Origin: an uncultured Candidatus Saccharibacteria bacterium
Lineage (GTDB): Bacteria > Patescibacteriota > Minisyncoccia > Minisyncoccales > GWA2-46-15
NCBI GenBank assembly: GCA_964437545.1
Contig: CAYTHH010000001.1
Coordinates: 14,381 to 78,380 of the forward strand
Length of the DNA: 64,000 nucleotides
Reading direction: 5' to 3'
The notes beneath the pieces were generated by a model, which saw only the letters and a program-made list of their open reading frames with translations, was not told the DNA's origin and made no database searches. Every line of letters begins with the position of its first letter. Position 1 is the first letter of the stretch. The position numbers were made by a program, and so were the translations under genes. Below, in pieces: positions 28,936 to 38,042 of this stretch.

Positions 28936-29354
28936 AGATTTTTTTCATTATATTGATATACCAGCTTGTTAGCTATTATAGCATAAATGATATTCTGGCA
29001 CCTCGGGAACAACTTACTAGCTGCTATATTAATTTACTTGATTCAAAAACAAAACTCGGATATTTTTTCCGAGTCTTGGAATTATCTTGAGCAGTCCCAA
29101 GTAAATATTAGGGACTGCTCAGGGTCTAGGAAGTTTCAGCACCATTTGCACCGGGTCATCAGGGTGATACGGCCATGCCCGTCCTGGGCTGAAACTTCTT
29201 GAGCTAGGATTGGCAATCAGCATGACATCCTCCTTTGCCCTTGAAGTTTCTAATTTGAATGTTAGAACAAAATTAAAAATTAGTCAATAGTTATAGCTGG
29301 GGGTTTAGTTATGAGGTAATATTGAATCTATTTAATATAGATTATTTAGGATTA

Positions 29355-29400
29355 TTAAAAACTGGCGGCTGAAGATGTTAATCATCTGTCGAGCCGCCAG
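29355..29400 (-). terminator. intrinsic terminator after the island membrane-protein gene
   Basis: 9-bp stem ctggcggct/agccgccag followed on the minus strand by UUUUUAAUAAUC. Confidence 0.55.
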
Positions 29401-29416
29401 TCAGGTTGAGGCGTTA

Positions 29417-30286
29417 TTACGCCATAGTGCCGTTAACCGACACATGAAAAATTCTTTTGGAAACGATCTCCCAGTTCACCACGCCAATTGCGGCACCGAG
29501 AAATCCGCCAAATATTACGAGCAATGCTTGCTGAACGAAAGATGTGGATGTCTGGACAAGCCAGATGTAGCATATTGTGCCGCCAAGCGTTCCGTCAATC
29601 GCACAGAGTATTCGCTTATGTGAATGAATTAGCCTGAATAGGTGCCAGGCGAATTGGACTGAAAAACGGAGTATCTCCCCTACAATAATAGCAAGATACA
29701 TCCACAAATCCCACAGAAGGAATTTTATTACTCTGAAAGTTCCTTGCAGAATCCATTTTGCGGCATTGACATAGGTAAGGGGAACTTCTTCGCAGTCGTG
29801 GAGCTGTCCCAAATAATCCCAACAACGATGGTCTACAAGCATTGCGCCAATACAAGCAAGAAGAACAAAAAGGCCACTAAAAGCTATGACTGTTAAACAA
29901 TAGCACAAGATGAGCAGTAAGGTTTCTGTGATTATTATTCTCATCTCTCCCATACTTGTTGGTAATGCCGATACGTCTATAGCAATTGCAATGATAAGGG
30001 GCAGAGCACAAAGCATACCGAAGTATAAAAATGGATGTGGCCTGGGAAACCATTCCCTTACTAAAACGATCATGTTCTTCCACATATCTGCACTCTTTCT
30101 CCCGAGAGTGCGCAGAAAAGCAATGGGAATCGCCCAGCAAATTTCGCGGAACTCATAACTAACATATCCGCCAGCGAGTCCAGCGATGAAGCCAAGCCAC
30201 CAATAGCTTGGCGTGAATATGAGCGCCATTATGCAAAAGCTGGCGCCACCGATAAAACAAGCAACCGCAATTTTTCTTGTTTCCAT
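29417..30286 (-). CDS. hypothetical multi-TM membrane protein in a higher-GC island
   Basis: 289 aa, at least 7 hydrophobic segments. Local GC is clearly above the flanking sequence. Confidence 0.5.
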   Translation of the reverse strand: METRKIAVACFIGGASFCIMALIFTPSYWWLGFIAGLAGGYVSYEFREICWAIPIAFLRTLGRKSADMWKNMIVLVREWFPRPHPFLYFGMLCALPLIIAIAIDVSALPTSMGEMRIIITETLLLILCYCLTVIAFSGLFVLLACIGAMLVDHRCWDYLGQLHDCEEVPLTYVNAAKWILQGTFRVIKFLLWDLWMYLAIIVGEILRFSVQFAWHLFRLIHSHKRILCAIDGTLGGTICYIWLVQTSTSFVQQALLVIFGGFLGAAIGVVNWEIVSKRIFHVSVNGTMA

Positions 30287-30581
30287 GAGAAACTCCTTTC
30301 AAGTTTCAAGGTACAACTTTCCCGCGAAACTCCGCGGAGAGACTATCGAGCATAATCCCGATATTATTAATATTAATACACATTATAATACAGTAGTCAA
30401 GATTCGCGATACAAGGCAATACTTCAATAATTTAGCAACGCTGATTAAAAACCGCCTTAATAAAAAGGCGATATTTCTTTGCAGTGTTCCTTGGTCTAGA
30501 ACCAATGTTTCAAAGGAAGATTTGGGTTTTTTGCTAACCCATCTCGGCCTGATCTAACATTGGTTGCTGGAGACGACTTAC

Positions 30582-30809
30582 TTAAACTATTTGATAACTC
30601 TCTCCTTTCCCAACTGCATATCTGACAAATTTCAGAGAGTGAGCAAAAACTTCAGGATTAGCAGGTTGATTCACAGAGATAGAAATATCCAGACGTTCTT
30701 GCCAGCAAAAGTTTATTAACGATATCCATTGAGGGTCGAGATTGGATTTCGCCCACTCAATTCCTGCGAGTTTAGAGTTGACTTCTCCTTTATGTAAACC
30801 GTAAAGCAT
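30582..30809 (-). pseudogene. C-terminal fragment of an ANT(3'')/AadA-like aminoglycoside nucleotidyltransferase
   Basis: YGLHKGEVNSKLAGIEWAKSNLDPQWISLINFCWQ...FVRYAVGKGE aligns with AadA YSAVTGKIAPKDVAADWAMERLPAQYQPVILEARQ...FVHYVKGEITK. The N-terminal nucleotidyltransferase domain is absent. Confidence 0.5.
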
Positions 30810-30924
30810 ACGGCTTTACAGCTATTCCGAAGTTTTGGCGAATGATAGTCCATTTGCCTAGGCTCATTTTTAGTATAACAAAAGAAAGTTTGGTTTGAAA
30901 TATATATCATTTTAAAAAAGAAGA

Positions 30925-30962
30925 AGGGGTTATCCGCGAGATGCGAATAACCCCTTTTTTGT
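30925..30962 (+). terminator. intrinsic terminator
   Basis: ggggttat-ccgcgagatgcga-ataacccc followed by TTTTTTGTGG. Confidence 0.5.
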
Positions 30963-31265
30963 GGCGGACGCAAGACTTTAAAATATTAAAAAGTTTAAGT
31001 GTCCAAGTTTTCAAGGCTCTACTTATTACTGCGGGAGAAACCCAGACGCCGAGCCACAGTGCGAATTCTTATCGCCAAACCAGCCCGTTTCAAACTCGAT
31101 GTAGCCAGAGTCAAAGGAGAAAAAGAGCACGCCCGAGAAAAAGCAGTCAGCATTAAAAGAATATTCGTTGCCCGCGCAGTCAATCCACAGGTCATAGTAG
31201 TTCTGCAGTCGTCGGGGATGCGTCAGTAACACCAACCCTTAATATCAAGGCAGTTATTTGACAGA

Positions 31266-31953
31266 GTGCAGGAAGTTTTTAAGGGCTACGATAAAAAGCC
31301 GTTTAGATACGCCTGTAAACCTTTCGCCTTCAGGGGTTTAATAAAGTGTGCCGATTGCGGTTGCACCATTACGGCGGAAACATCAAAACATAAATATAAT
31401 TATTACAGTTGCACCAATTTCAAAAAAGCACATACCAAAAGGCTCTATATCAACGAAGAAAGGCTATTAGAGCCAGTCTATAGCGTTTTGAGGCATATAA
31501 GGCTCACAGACGGGCAAATGCCGTTTAATAGCGGGTTTGAAGCAGACTGACGAAGCGAAAGATAAGTTCTTTGAGGCTTCAATGGAAAGCCTACGGGGAG
31601 ATTATGATAAATATGAAAAGAGAAAAAGCAACTTACTTGATAGATTGGCTGACGAAGAAATAACCAAAGAAGATTATGATAAAAAATTAAATGAATATCA
31701 GATAAAACAATCTCTGATAAATACCGAGATGGCAAAGCACCACAAGGCTGATAATGAGTATTACATTACGGTTGCTATGATTTTAAGCCTTGCTAAAAGG
31801 GCTTATAAGATATTCAAAAGTTCTGAACCAATGGAGAAAAGGGCGTTTCTTAATTTCTTACTTCAGAACTCCAAATTACAGGGCAGAAAGTTCACTTTTG
31901 AACTTAAAAAGCCGTTCAATGCGGCTCTTGTTGCTCACGAGCGTTCAAACTTG
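31266..31953 (+). pseudogene. large serine recombinase, C-terminal remnant (frameshifted; catalytic resolvase domain missing)
   Basis: Zinc-ribbon recombinase motif LIKCADCGCTITAETSKHKYNYYSC, then a coiled-coil segment in a second frame (31537 onward). Ends against tRNA-Gln. Confidence 0.65.
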
Positions 31954-32024
31954 CTGCGGGGCTTGGATTCGAACCAAGATAGTCACCTTCAAAGGGTGAT
32001 GTCCTACCATTAGACGACCCCGCA
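31954..32024 (-). tRNA. tRNA-Gln (anticodon TTG)
   Basis: Cloverleaf: acceptor TGCGGGG/CCCCGCA, anticodon loop CTTTGAA, T-loop TTCGAAT, discriminator G. Confidence 0.8.
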
Positions 32025-32028
32025 ATAT

Positions 32029-33129
32029 TTAAATTCCACAGTACTCAGCAATAGCCAATTCCAAAGGAAGCTGCAAGATGGGCGAAGATTTCATTCTGTT
32101 CTGGGCATCAAGGAAAAGATCCAAAAGCTTTCTTAAATCCTCTTCCTGAAACTTATCAGTCTGGTTTTTTAATTTTCCAAACTCTTCGTCAGATAAGCCG
32201 TCGGTCAAAGGATTGTGCAAGTCTTTGCCGCCAATCTTAAACATTAAGCTGGCATGAAGATAATTAATAACTTCAGACACAAACTGGATCAGGTCATTGC
32301 CTTCTTCGAAAATCTGTCCTAAAAGACTAATAGCAGCTTTGGCATCTTTAGCCAATAAAGCATCAACCAGTTCAGCTGCTTTTTGCAGCCCTACAATTCC
32401 CAGCAGTTCTCTCAAGTCTTTTAAAGTGATCTTGTCTTTTGAGCAAAAGGTAGCTGATTGGTCAAGAATGGTTTCTGCATCTCTTAAAGATCCTCCGGAA
32501 CTCAGAGCAATCAGTTCCAAGGCTGGCTTTTCTATCTGAAGCTTTTCTTTTTTGGCTACAATTTCCAGCCTCTTGATGACTTCGGCCATTTTCAGCCTTT
32601 TAAAGTCAAATCTTTGACATCTAGAAATAATGGTCGGGATCATTTTGTGAATTTCAGTTGTTGCCAGGATAAAGATGGCGTGGTCGGGCGGCTCTTCAAG
32701 AGTTTTTAAAAGCGCATTTGAAGCTTCTTTGGTAAGCTGGTGACTTTCATCAATAATAAAGACTTTGTATTTTGACTTAGCTGGGGCAAATTTAATTCCT
32801 TCTTTTAGCTCTCTAATTTCATCAATGCCTCGATGGGAAGCAGCGTCAATTTCAATCAAATCAATACTCCTGCTGTCGTTAATTTCCAAACAGCTCGAGC
32901 ATTTATTACAGGGCTCAAATTCCTCCTTTTTCCTGCCGGTACAGTTTAAGGATTTGGCAAAAAGTCTGGCAATAGTGGTTTTACCGCTACCTCTGGGGCC
33001 GGAAAATAAATAGCCCTGAGAAAGAATGTCTAAACTCAAAGCATTAGTCAGAGTTTTGACAATGTGCTCTTGGGCAATGATTTCAGCAAAAAGCTTGGGT
33101 CGATATTTCCTGTAAAAGACTTTAGACAT
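32029..33129 (-). CDS. dnaX: DNA polymerase III subunit gamma/tau (short form)
   Basis: Walker A GPRGSGKTT, Zn-module CNKCSSC, clamp-loader domains, 366 aa. Confidence 0.85.
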   Translation of the reverse strand: MSKVFYRKYRPKLFAEIIAQEHIVKTLTNALSLDILSQGYLFSGPRGSGKTTIARLFAKSLNCTGRKKEEFEPCNKCSSCLEINDSRSIDLIEIDAASHRGIDEIRELKEGIKFAPAKSKYKVFIIDESHQLTKEASNALLKTLEEPPDHAIFILATTEIHKMIPTIISRCQRFDFKRLKMAEVIKRLEIVAKKEKLQIEKPALELIALSSGGSLRDAETILDQSATFCSKDKITLKDLRELLGIVGLQKAAELVDALLAKDAKAAISLLGQIFEEGNDLIQFVSEVINYLHASLMFKIGGKDLHNPLTDGLSDEEFGKLKNQTDKFQEEDLRKLLDLFLDAQNRMKSSPILQLPLELAIAEYCGI

Positions 33130-33535
33130 TTTCTTTAAAAACTATAAGTTTATAACCAAGAAAGTTCCAAAAGAGTCCGATAAAACTTCCCTTTATAGCT
33201 CCGATAATAGCCCAAGTTTTAGAGCTAAGTCCGAGCCAGGGGCTGATAGAATTAACTACTAAGGATGCAACTCCGACATTAATAAAAAATCCAATAATAC
33301 TTATTAATAGAAACAAACTAAACTTTCTTTTTTTCGATTCAAAAGTCCAAGCTTTATTCAGGAAGTAGGAATTTACAGTGGCAATAAAGAAAGAAAATCC
33401 CTTAAAAACAGAATATTGCCATCCTTTATCTATTCCGGAAGCAGAGATCAGTAAAAAGAGAATACCCAAGTCAATTAAAAAGTTTAAGCTGCCGACTAAA
33501 AAGAACTTTGCAAACTGCAATAAGTTTTCTTTCAT
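33122..33535 (-). CDS. GtrA-family membrane protein
   Basis: 137 aa, 4 TM helices, GtrA-like FLVGSLNFLIDL N-terminus. Confidence 0.65.
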   Translation of the reverse strand: MKENLLQFAKFFLVGSLNFLIDLGILFLLISASGIDKGWQYSVFKGFSFFIATVNSYFLNKAWTFESKKRKFSLFLLISIIGFFINVGVASLVVNSISPWLGLSSKTWAIIGAIKGSFIGLFWNFLGYKLIVFKENV

Positions 33536-33635
33536 TCATTTAATTTAACATGGAGTGATTAAAAGAGCAAAGTCGTTTAGTTGAAACAAAAAAGAGCTCC
33601 GTTTGCACGGGCTCTTTTCGTTGGGTGGGAAGTTT

Positions 33636-33863
33636 TCAAGGGCTGGCTTCCAGTATTGCTTCAGTAGTTTTTCTCAGTAACGGATATAACCACATCCGCC
33701 ACTTGTCCCTTATCAGTGCGATAATAAGGGCAATTAAAACCTCTGGGAGATACAATACAGCGATGATTGCCCAGAGCAGGATTACCGCGATGAAGGCACC
33801 GATAAGTTGGATGCCCAGCCAAAGCCCGTTTACAAACTTGATCCGAAAACCTTCTTGTTTCAT
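33636..33863 (-). CDS. small two-TM membrane protein, hypothetical
   Basis: 75 aa with elevated GC. The overlapping plus-strand ORF was judged less likely. Confidence 0.35.
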   Translation of the reverse strand: MKQEGFRIKFVNGLWLGIQLIGAFIAVILLWAIIAVLYLPEVLIALIIALIRDKWRMWLYPLLRKTTEAILEASP

Positions 33864-33972
33864 TTTCTGCCTCCTTGCAGTAAATTTTGAACTATAAATA
33901 TTATAATAAGGATTATTGTGAATGTCAAGACGAGAGGATTTTATTTAAACTAATTTGTGCTAAAATAAATAA

Positions 33973-35352
33973 ATGATTAAATTTTATAATACCCTTACTA
34001 GAAAAATACAGGACTTCAAGCCCATTAAAAAAGGCTTAGTTGGTATTTATTCCTGCGGTCCAACTGTTTACTGGAATCAGCACATTGGTCATATGTATTG
34101 CTATGTTCAATGGGATGTTTTAGTCAGGTTTTTAAAATATTCTGGCTATAAAACAAAGTGGGTAATGAACATTACTGATGTTGGCCATATGACTTCTGAC
34201 CAGGACTTCGGGGAAGACAAAATGGAAAAAGGAGCTAAAAGAGAAGGTCTGACGGTCTGGCAGATAGCTGAAAAATATACCCAGCAGTTTTTAAATAGCC
34301 TGGATTTGCTTAATATTAACCGACCCAATATTCTTTGCCGAGCTACCGATCATATTCAAGAGCAAATTGATTTAGCTAAAAAGATAGAAAAGAATAGTTT
34401 TGCTTATTTGACCAAAACAGGCTTGGTTTTTGATACTTCAAAGTTTCCTGGTTACGCTAGCTTTGCCAAGCTTAACTTAAAAAAACAGGTTTCGGGCTCT
34501 AGAGTTGAAATAGACCCTGAGAAAAAAAAGCCCTGGGATTTTCTTTTATGGGTGACTAATCAGCCGGACCATATTATGCTTTGGGATAGTCCTTGGGGCA
34601 AAGGCTATCCAGGTTGGCATATTGAATGCACAGCCATGTCTGTTAAATATCTGGGTAAGAGATTTGATATTCATACTGGCGGCAAAGAGCATATTCCGGT
34701 TCATCATACTAATGAAATTGCTCAAAGTTATGGCGCTTTCGGCAAGCAAACTGCCAATTACTGGCTTCATAACGAATGGCTGACCTTAGAGGGAGAAAAG
34801 ATGTCAAAGAGTTTGGGTAATAATGTTTTAATCACTGATTTAGTCTCTAAGGGCTTTAACCCCCTTTCTTTAAGATATTTAATCCTGACCTCCAATTACC
34901 GCCAGGGCATAAATTTTACCTGGAAAGGGCTAGAAGCTTCTGAAACAGCTCTTAAAAATCTTTACGGTAAAGCCCTAGAATTAAAGAACGCAAAAGGAAA
35001 ATTAAGAAAAGCAGTTATTGATAAATATCGCCAAAGTTTTAAAAAAGCTGTTGGTAATGACCTAAATATTTCTCAAGCTTTAGGGTTAACCTGGAAAATG
35101 CTCAAGAACAAGGAGCTCTCCGATAAAGAAAAATATCGTCTGCTAGCTGATTTTGACAAGGTTTTCGGTTTTAATTTAAAAGAGGTAAGGGCAGAAACAG
35201 CTTCAAAACAGGTTTTAGATTTAATTGAAAAAAGAGAAGCTTTGAGAAAAGGAAGACAATGGCAGTCAGCAGACCGTATTAGAAAGAAGATAGAAAACCT
35301 TGGCTGGCAGGTGGAAGATACTGAGATCGGACCAAAGCATAAAAAGATTTAA
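33973..35352 (+). CDS. cysS: cysteine--tRNA ligase
   Basis: HIGH-type motif NQHIGHM, KMSKS motif, Cys-binding GWHIEC. Confidence 0.9.
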   Translation: MIKFYNTLTRKIQDFKPIKKGLVGIYSCGPTVYWNQHIGHMYCYVQWDVLVRFLKYSGYKTKWVMNITDVGHMTSDQDFGEDKMEKGAKREGLTVWQIAEKYTQQFLNSLDLLNINRPNILCRATDHIQEQIDLAKKIEKNSFAYLTKTGLVFDTSKFPGYASFAKLNLKKQVSGSRVEIDPEKKKPWDFLLWVTNQPDHIMLWDSPWGKGYPGWHIECTAMSVKYLGKRFDIHTGGKEHIPVHHTNEIAQSYGAFGKQTANYWLHNEWLTLEGEKMSKSLGNNVLITDLVSKGFNPLSLRYLILTSNYRQGINFTWKGLEASETALKNLYGKALELKNAKGKLRKAVIDKYRQSFKKAVGNDLNISQALGLTWKMLKNKELSDKEKYRLLADFDKVFGFNLKEVRAETASKQVLDLIEKREALRKGRQWQSADRIRKKIENLGWQVEDTEIGPKHKKI

Positions 35353-35476
35353 AGAATACAAAACCCTGTCATGATTCAATTAAAAATCGAAAAGGAGCTA
35401 AGCTCCTTTACATAAATTAAGAAGAAAGTTGGATATCGCATGTCTAATTGAATTGGGGCTAAGCATATTTTTTCAA

Positions 35477-35550
35477 AAATCTGCAAAATTACGCCATTTG
35501 TCAGATTTGTTCGTAAATTTGTTCGGGTTATGAAAGGTGACAGTCACCTT
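35477..35550 (+). promoter_or_regulatory. conserved ~75-nt leader/promoter element upstream of dnaB (paralog of 26383-26457)
   Basis: See the 26383 entry. Followed by the AAAGGAGCTTAGCTCCTTT hairpin at 35558-35576. Confidence 0.6.
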
Positions 35551-35667
35551 TCAAAAAAAGGAGCTTAGCTCCTTTTCGGTATTTGATCTTGTTATTAAAC
35601 TCTTAATATCTCTTAAAGTTAAGGGATTGCTCCCCCCTTTGGTTTTTGTTAGAGTAAAGGAAATAAC

Positions 35668-37029
35668 ATGGCAGAAACAATTCCTGAAAAACTTCCTCCG
35701 CAGAATATAGAGGCCGAACAATCAGCTCTAGGCTGTCTTTTAATTGATAAGAACGCCATTCTCAAGGTGGTTGATTTTTTAAAACCTAAAGATTTTTATA
35801 AGCCTGATCATCAGCAAATTTATCAGGCAATGATGGATCTTTTTGAGAAGAACGATCCCATTGATATGCTGTCTATCTCTAGCCGCTTGAAAGAAAAGGA
35901 TCAGTTTGAGAAAATTGGCAGCAATGCTTACTTGACCCAGCTGGTTAATTCAGTAGCAACAGCAGCTCACGTAGCCAGTTATGCCAAAATTATTCAAAGA
36001 AAAAGAATTTTAAGGGATTTGATTGATGCCAGTCATGACATTAGTCGGATGGGATATAACGAATCTGAAGATACCGAGATCCTTCTTGATCAGGCCGAGA
36101 GAACAATCTTTAGCATTACCCAGAAATCTTTAACTCAGAAATTCCTTTCTATTAAAGGGAGCTTAGAAGAAGCCTTTGAAAGGATTGATAGACTGTCCAA
36201 GCACGAAGGCGGTCCTAGGGGAGTTCCAACTGGCTTTATTGACTTGGATAGCATGCTCTCTGGACTTCAAAAAACAGACTTAGTGATTCTGGCTGCCCGT
36301 CCCTCAATGGGAAAATCAGCTCTGGCTCTAGACTTTGCCAGAAATGTGGCCGTTAATCAAAAGTTACCAGTTGGCATTTTTTCTCTTGAAATGTCAATGG
36401 ATCAGGTAGTTGATAGGTTAATTTCATCTCAGTCTGGAGTTGATCTTTGGAAAATCAGAACAGGAAAACTTTCTTCCAAAGGAGAAGACAATGATTTTTC
36501 CAATATTCAGGAAGCTTTGGGGGTTTTAGCTGAGACTCCGATTTTTATTGATGACGCGGCTACTTCAAACATTTTACAGATGAGAGCTATGGCCAGGAGA
36601 CTTCAAGCAGATCAGGGGTTAGGATTATTGATAATTGACTATTTGCAATTGGTTGAACCAAGGACTACCTCAGAAAGTCTTGTTCAGCAGATTACCGAGA
36701 TTTCCAGGTCTTTAAAAGGTTTGGGTCGAGAATTAAATGTTCCCATTTTAGCCGTATCTCAGTTATCTAGAGCCGTTGAACAAAGGTCTCCGCAAATACC
36801 AAGATTGTCTGACTTGAGAGATTCGGGCTCACTTGAACAAGATGCTGACGTGGTTTTATTCATTTATCGGGAAGACCGATATCGCCAGGATATTGAAAGG
36901 AAAAACATTGCTGATATTATTGTCGCCAAACACAGAAACGGGCCGGTTGGCAAGGTCAGCCTTTACTTTAACGAGCAAGTTGTCAGTTTTAGGAACTTAG
37001 CCAAAGAAGAAAGAGAGTATTTGACATAA
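35668..37029 (+). CDS. dnaB: replicative DNA helicase
   Basis: N-terminal domain PPQNIEAEQSALG, Walker A ARPSMGKSA, RecA-like core, 453 aa. Confidence 0.9.
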   Translation: MAETIPEKLPPQNIEAEQSALGCLLIDKNAILKVVDFLKPKDFYKPDHQQIYQAMMDLFEKNDPIDMLSISSRLKEKDQFEKIGSNAYLTQLVNSVATAAHVASYAKIIQRKRILRDLIDASHDISRMGYNESEDTEILLDQAERTIFSITQKSLTQKFLSIKGSLEEAFERIDRLSKHEGGPRGVPTGFIDLDSMLSGLQKTDLVILAARPSMGKSALALDFARNVAVNQKLPVGIFSLEMSMDQVVDRLISSQSGVDLWKIRTGKLSSKGEDNDFSNIQEALGVLAETPIFIDDAATSNILQMRAMARRLQADQGLGLLIIDYLQLVEPRTTSESLVQQITEISRSLKGLGRELNVPILAVSQLSRAVEQRSPQIPRLSDLRDSGSLEQDADVVLFIYREDRYRQDIERKNIADIIVAKHRNGPVGKVSLYFNEQVVSFRNLAKEEREYLT

Positions 37030-37044
37030 TGAGATAACAAAGTA

Positions 37045-37674
37045 ATGAGATATCCGCCGCGAATCCAAAAATTAATTGATCTTTTTTCAAAATTTCCGGG
37101 GGTTGGTCCAAAAACCGCTTCCCGGTTTGTTTTTTATCTTTTAAGAAAACAAGATTCTCAAATCAATGAGTTTTTAGAAGTTGTTGCCGATTTAAAAAAA
37201 TTTACCAGTCTTTGCAAATTTTGCCGCAATCCTTTTGAATCAAATACTAAGCAACCTCTTTGTTCTATTTGCAGCAATCCTTTAAGAGATAAAGCCATAC
37301 TTTGTTTAGTTGAGAAAGAAACTGACTTAATGCAACTGGAAAAAACTAACAAATACTCCGGCATTTACTTTATTCTTGGCAGTCTCTTAACCCCCTTAAA
37401 AAAGAAAGAGACCGAAACAATAATTATTAGCAATTTATTAAAAAGGGTTAATAATCCTTTAAGCTTTGGCCTTCAGGCTGACTTTAAAGAAGTCATTATT
37501 GCCATTAGCGATACCACTGAGGGTCAGGCTACGGCTCTTTATCTTGAGAGAGCATTGTCTTCCTTAAAATTAAAAATCAGCCGCTTAGGACGAGGTTTAC
37601 CTCTAGGGGCAGAGATAGAATATGCTGATGAAGAAACTTTATCTTCAGCTTTAGAATCTAGAAAAGAAGTTTAG
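37045..37674 (+). CDS. recR: recombination protein RecR
   Basis: HhH FPGVGPKTASR, C4 zinc finger CKFC...CSIC, Toprim domain, 209 aa. Confidence 0.85.
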   Translation: MRYPPRIQKLIDLFSKFPGVGPKTASRFVFYLLRKQDSQINEFLEVVADLKKFTSLCKFCRNPFESNTKQPLCSICSNPLRDKAILCLVEKETDLMQLEKTNKYSGIYFILGSLLTPLKKKETETIIISNLLKRVNNPLSFGLQADFKEVIIAISDTTEGQATALYLERALSSLKLKISRLGRGLPLGAEIEYADEETLSSALESRKEV

Positions 37675-37982
37675 CTAATACTTTTAATCTCAATTTCAGT
37701 ATAAGGTTGGCGGTGGCCAATCTTTTTTCTATATCTGATTCTCGGCTTAAACTTGATAGTGGTCACCTTTTTAGCTCTGTCTTGAGAAATAACTTTGGCT
37801 TTGACAACTGCTTTGGCTAGATAAGGGCTGCCAAGTTCTGTTTTTTTGTTTTGGTTAACTAAAAGTACTTCGTCAAAAACGATTTCTTCTCCAACCTTTT
37901 TCTCTATTTTCTCTATTTTTAGTTTTTGTCCGGGCGAAACGACATATTGTTTACCTCCGGTTTTAATAACTGCAATGTCCAT
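37671..37982 (-). CDS. rplU: 50S ribosomal protein L21
   Basis: MDIAVIKTGGKQYVVSPGQKLKIEKI, 103 aa. Confidence 0.85.
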   Translation of the reverse strand: MDIAVIKTGGKQYVVSPGQKLKIEKIEKKVGEEIVFDEVLLVNQNKKTELGSPYLAKAVVKAKVISQDRAKKVTTIKFKPRIRYRKKIGHRQPYTEIEIKSIS

Positions 37983-38042
37983 ATTGTTAAAGAGATGATA
38001 TATTAGTTAATCAAATACATTGATTAAGACAGATGGAATCTG

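Noticed and set aside
29140-29200. CUGAUGA and GAAAC elements on the minus strand resembling a hammerhead ribozyme core
   Set aside because: The intervening sequence (cccggtgcaaatggtgct) cannot form stem II, and stems I and III are not supported. Judged to be coincidental motifs.
30999-31235. ORFs 30999..31229 (+) and 31026..31235 (-) as island cargo genes
   Set aside because: Overlapping opposite-strand ORFs without recognisable motifs in a degraded region, more likely pseudogene debris of the recombinase N-terminus.
31935-32013. C-terminal extension of ORF 31537..32013 into tRNA-Gln
   Set aside because: Spurious read-through of a pseudogene frame across the tRNA gene on the opposite strand.
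33625-33897. Plus-strand 90-aa ORF overlapping the minus-strand 75-aa membrane ORF
   Set aside because: The minus-strand product has a coherent two-TM hydropathy profile and the plus-strand product does not. Neither is certain.
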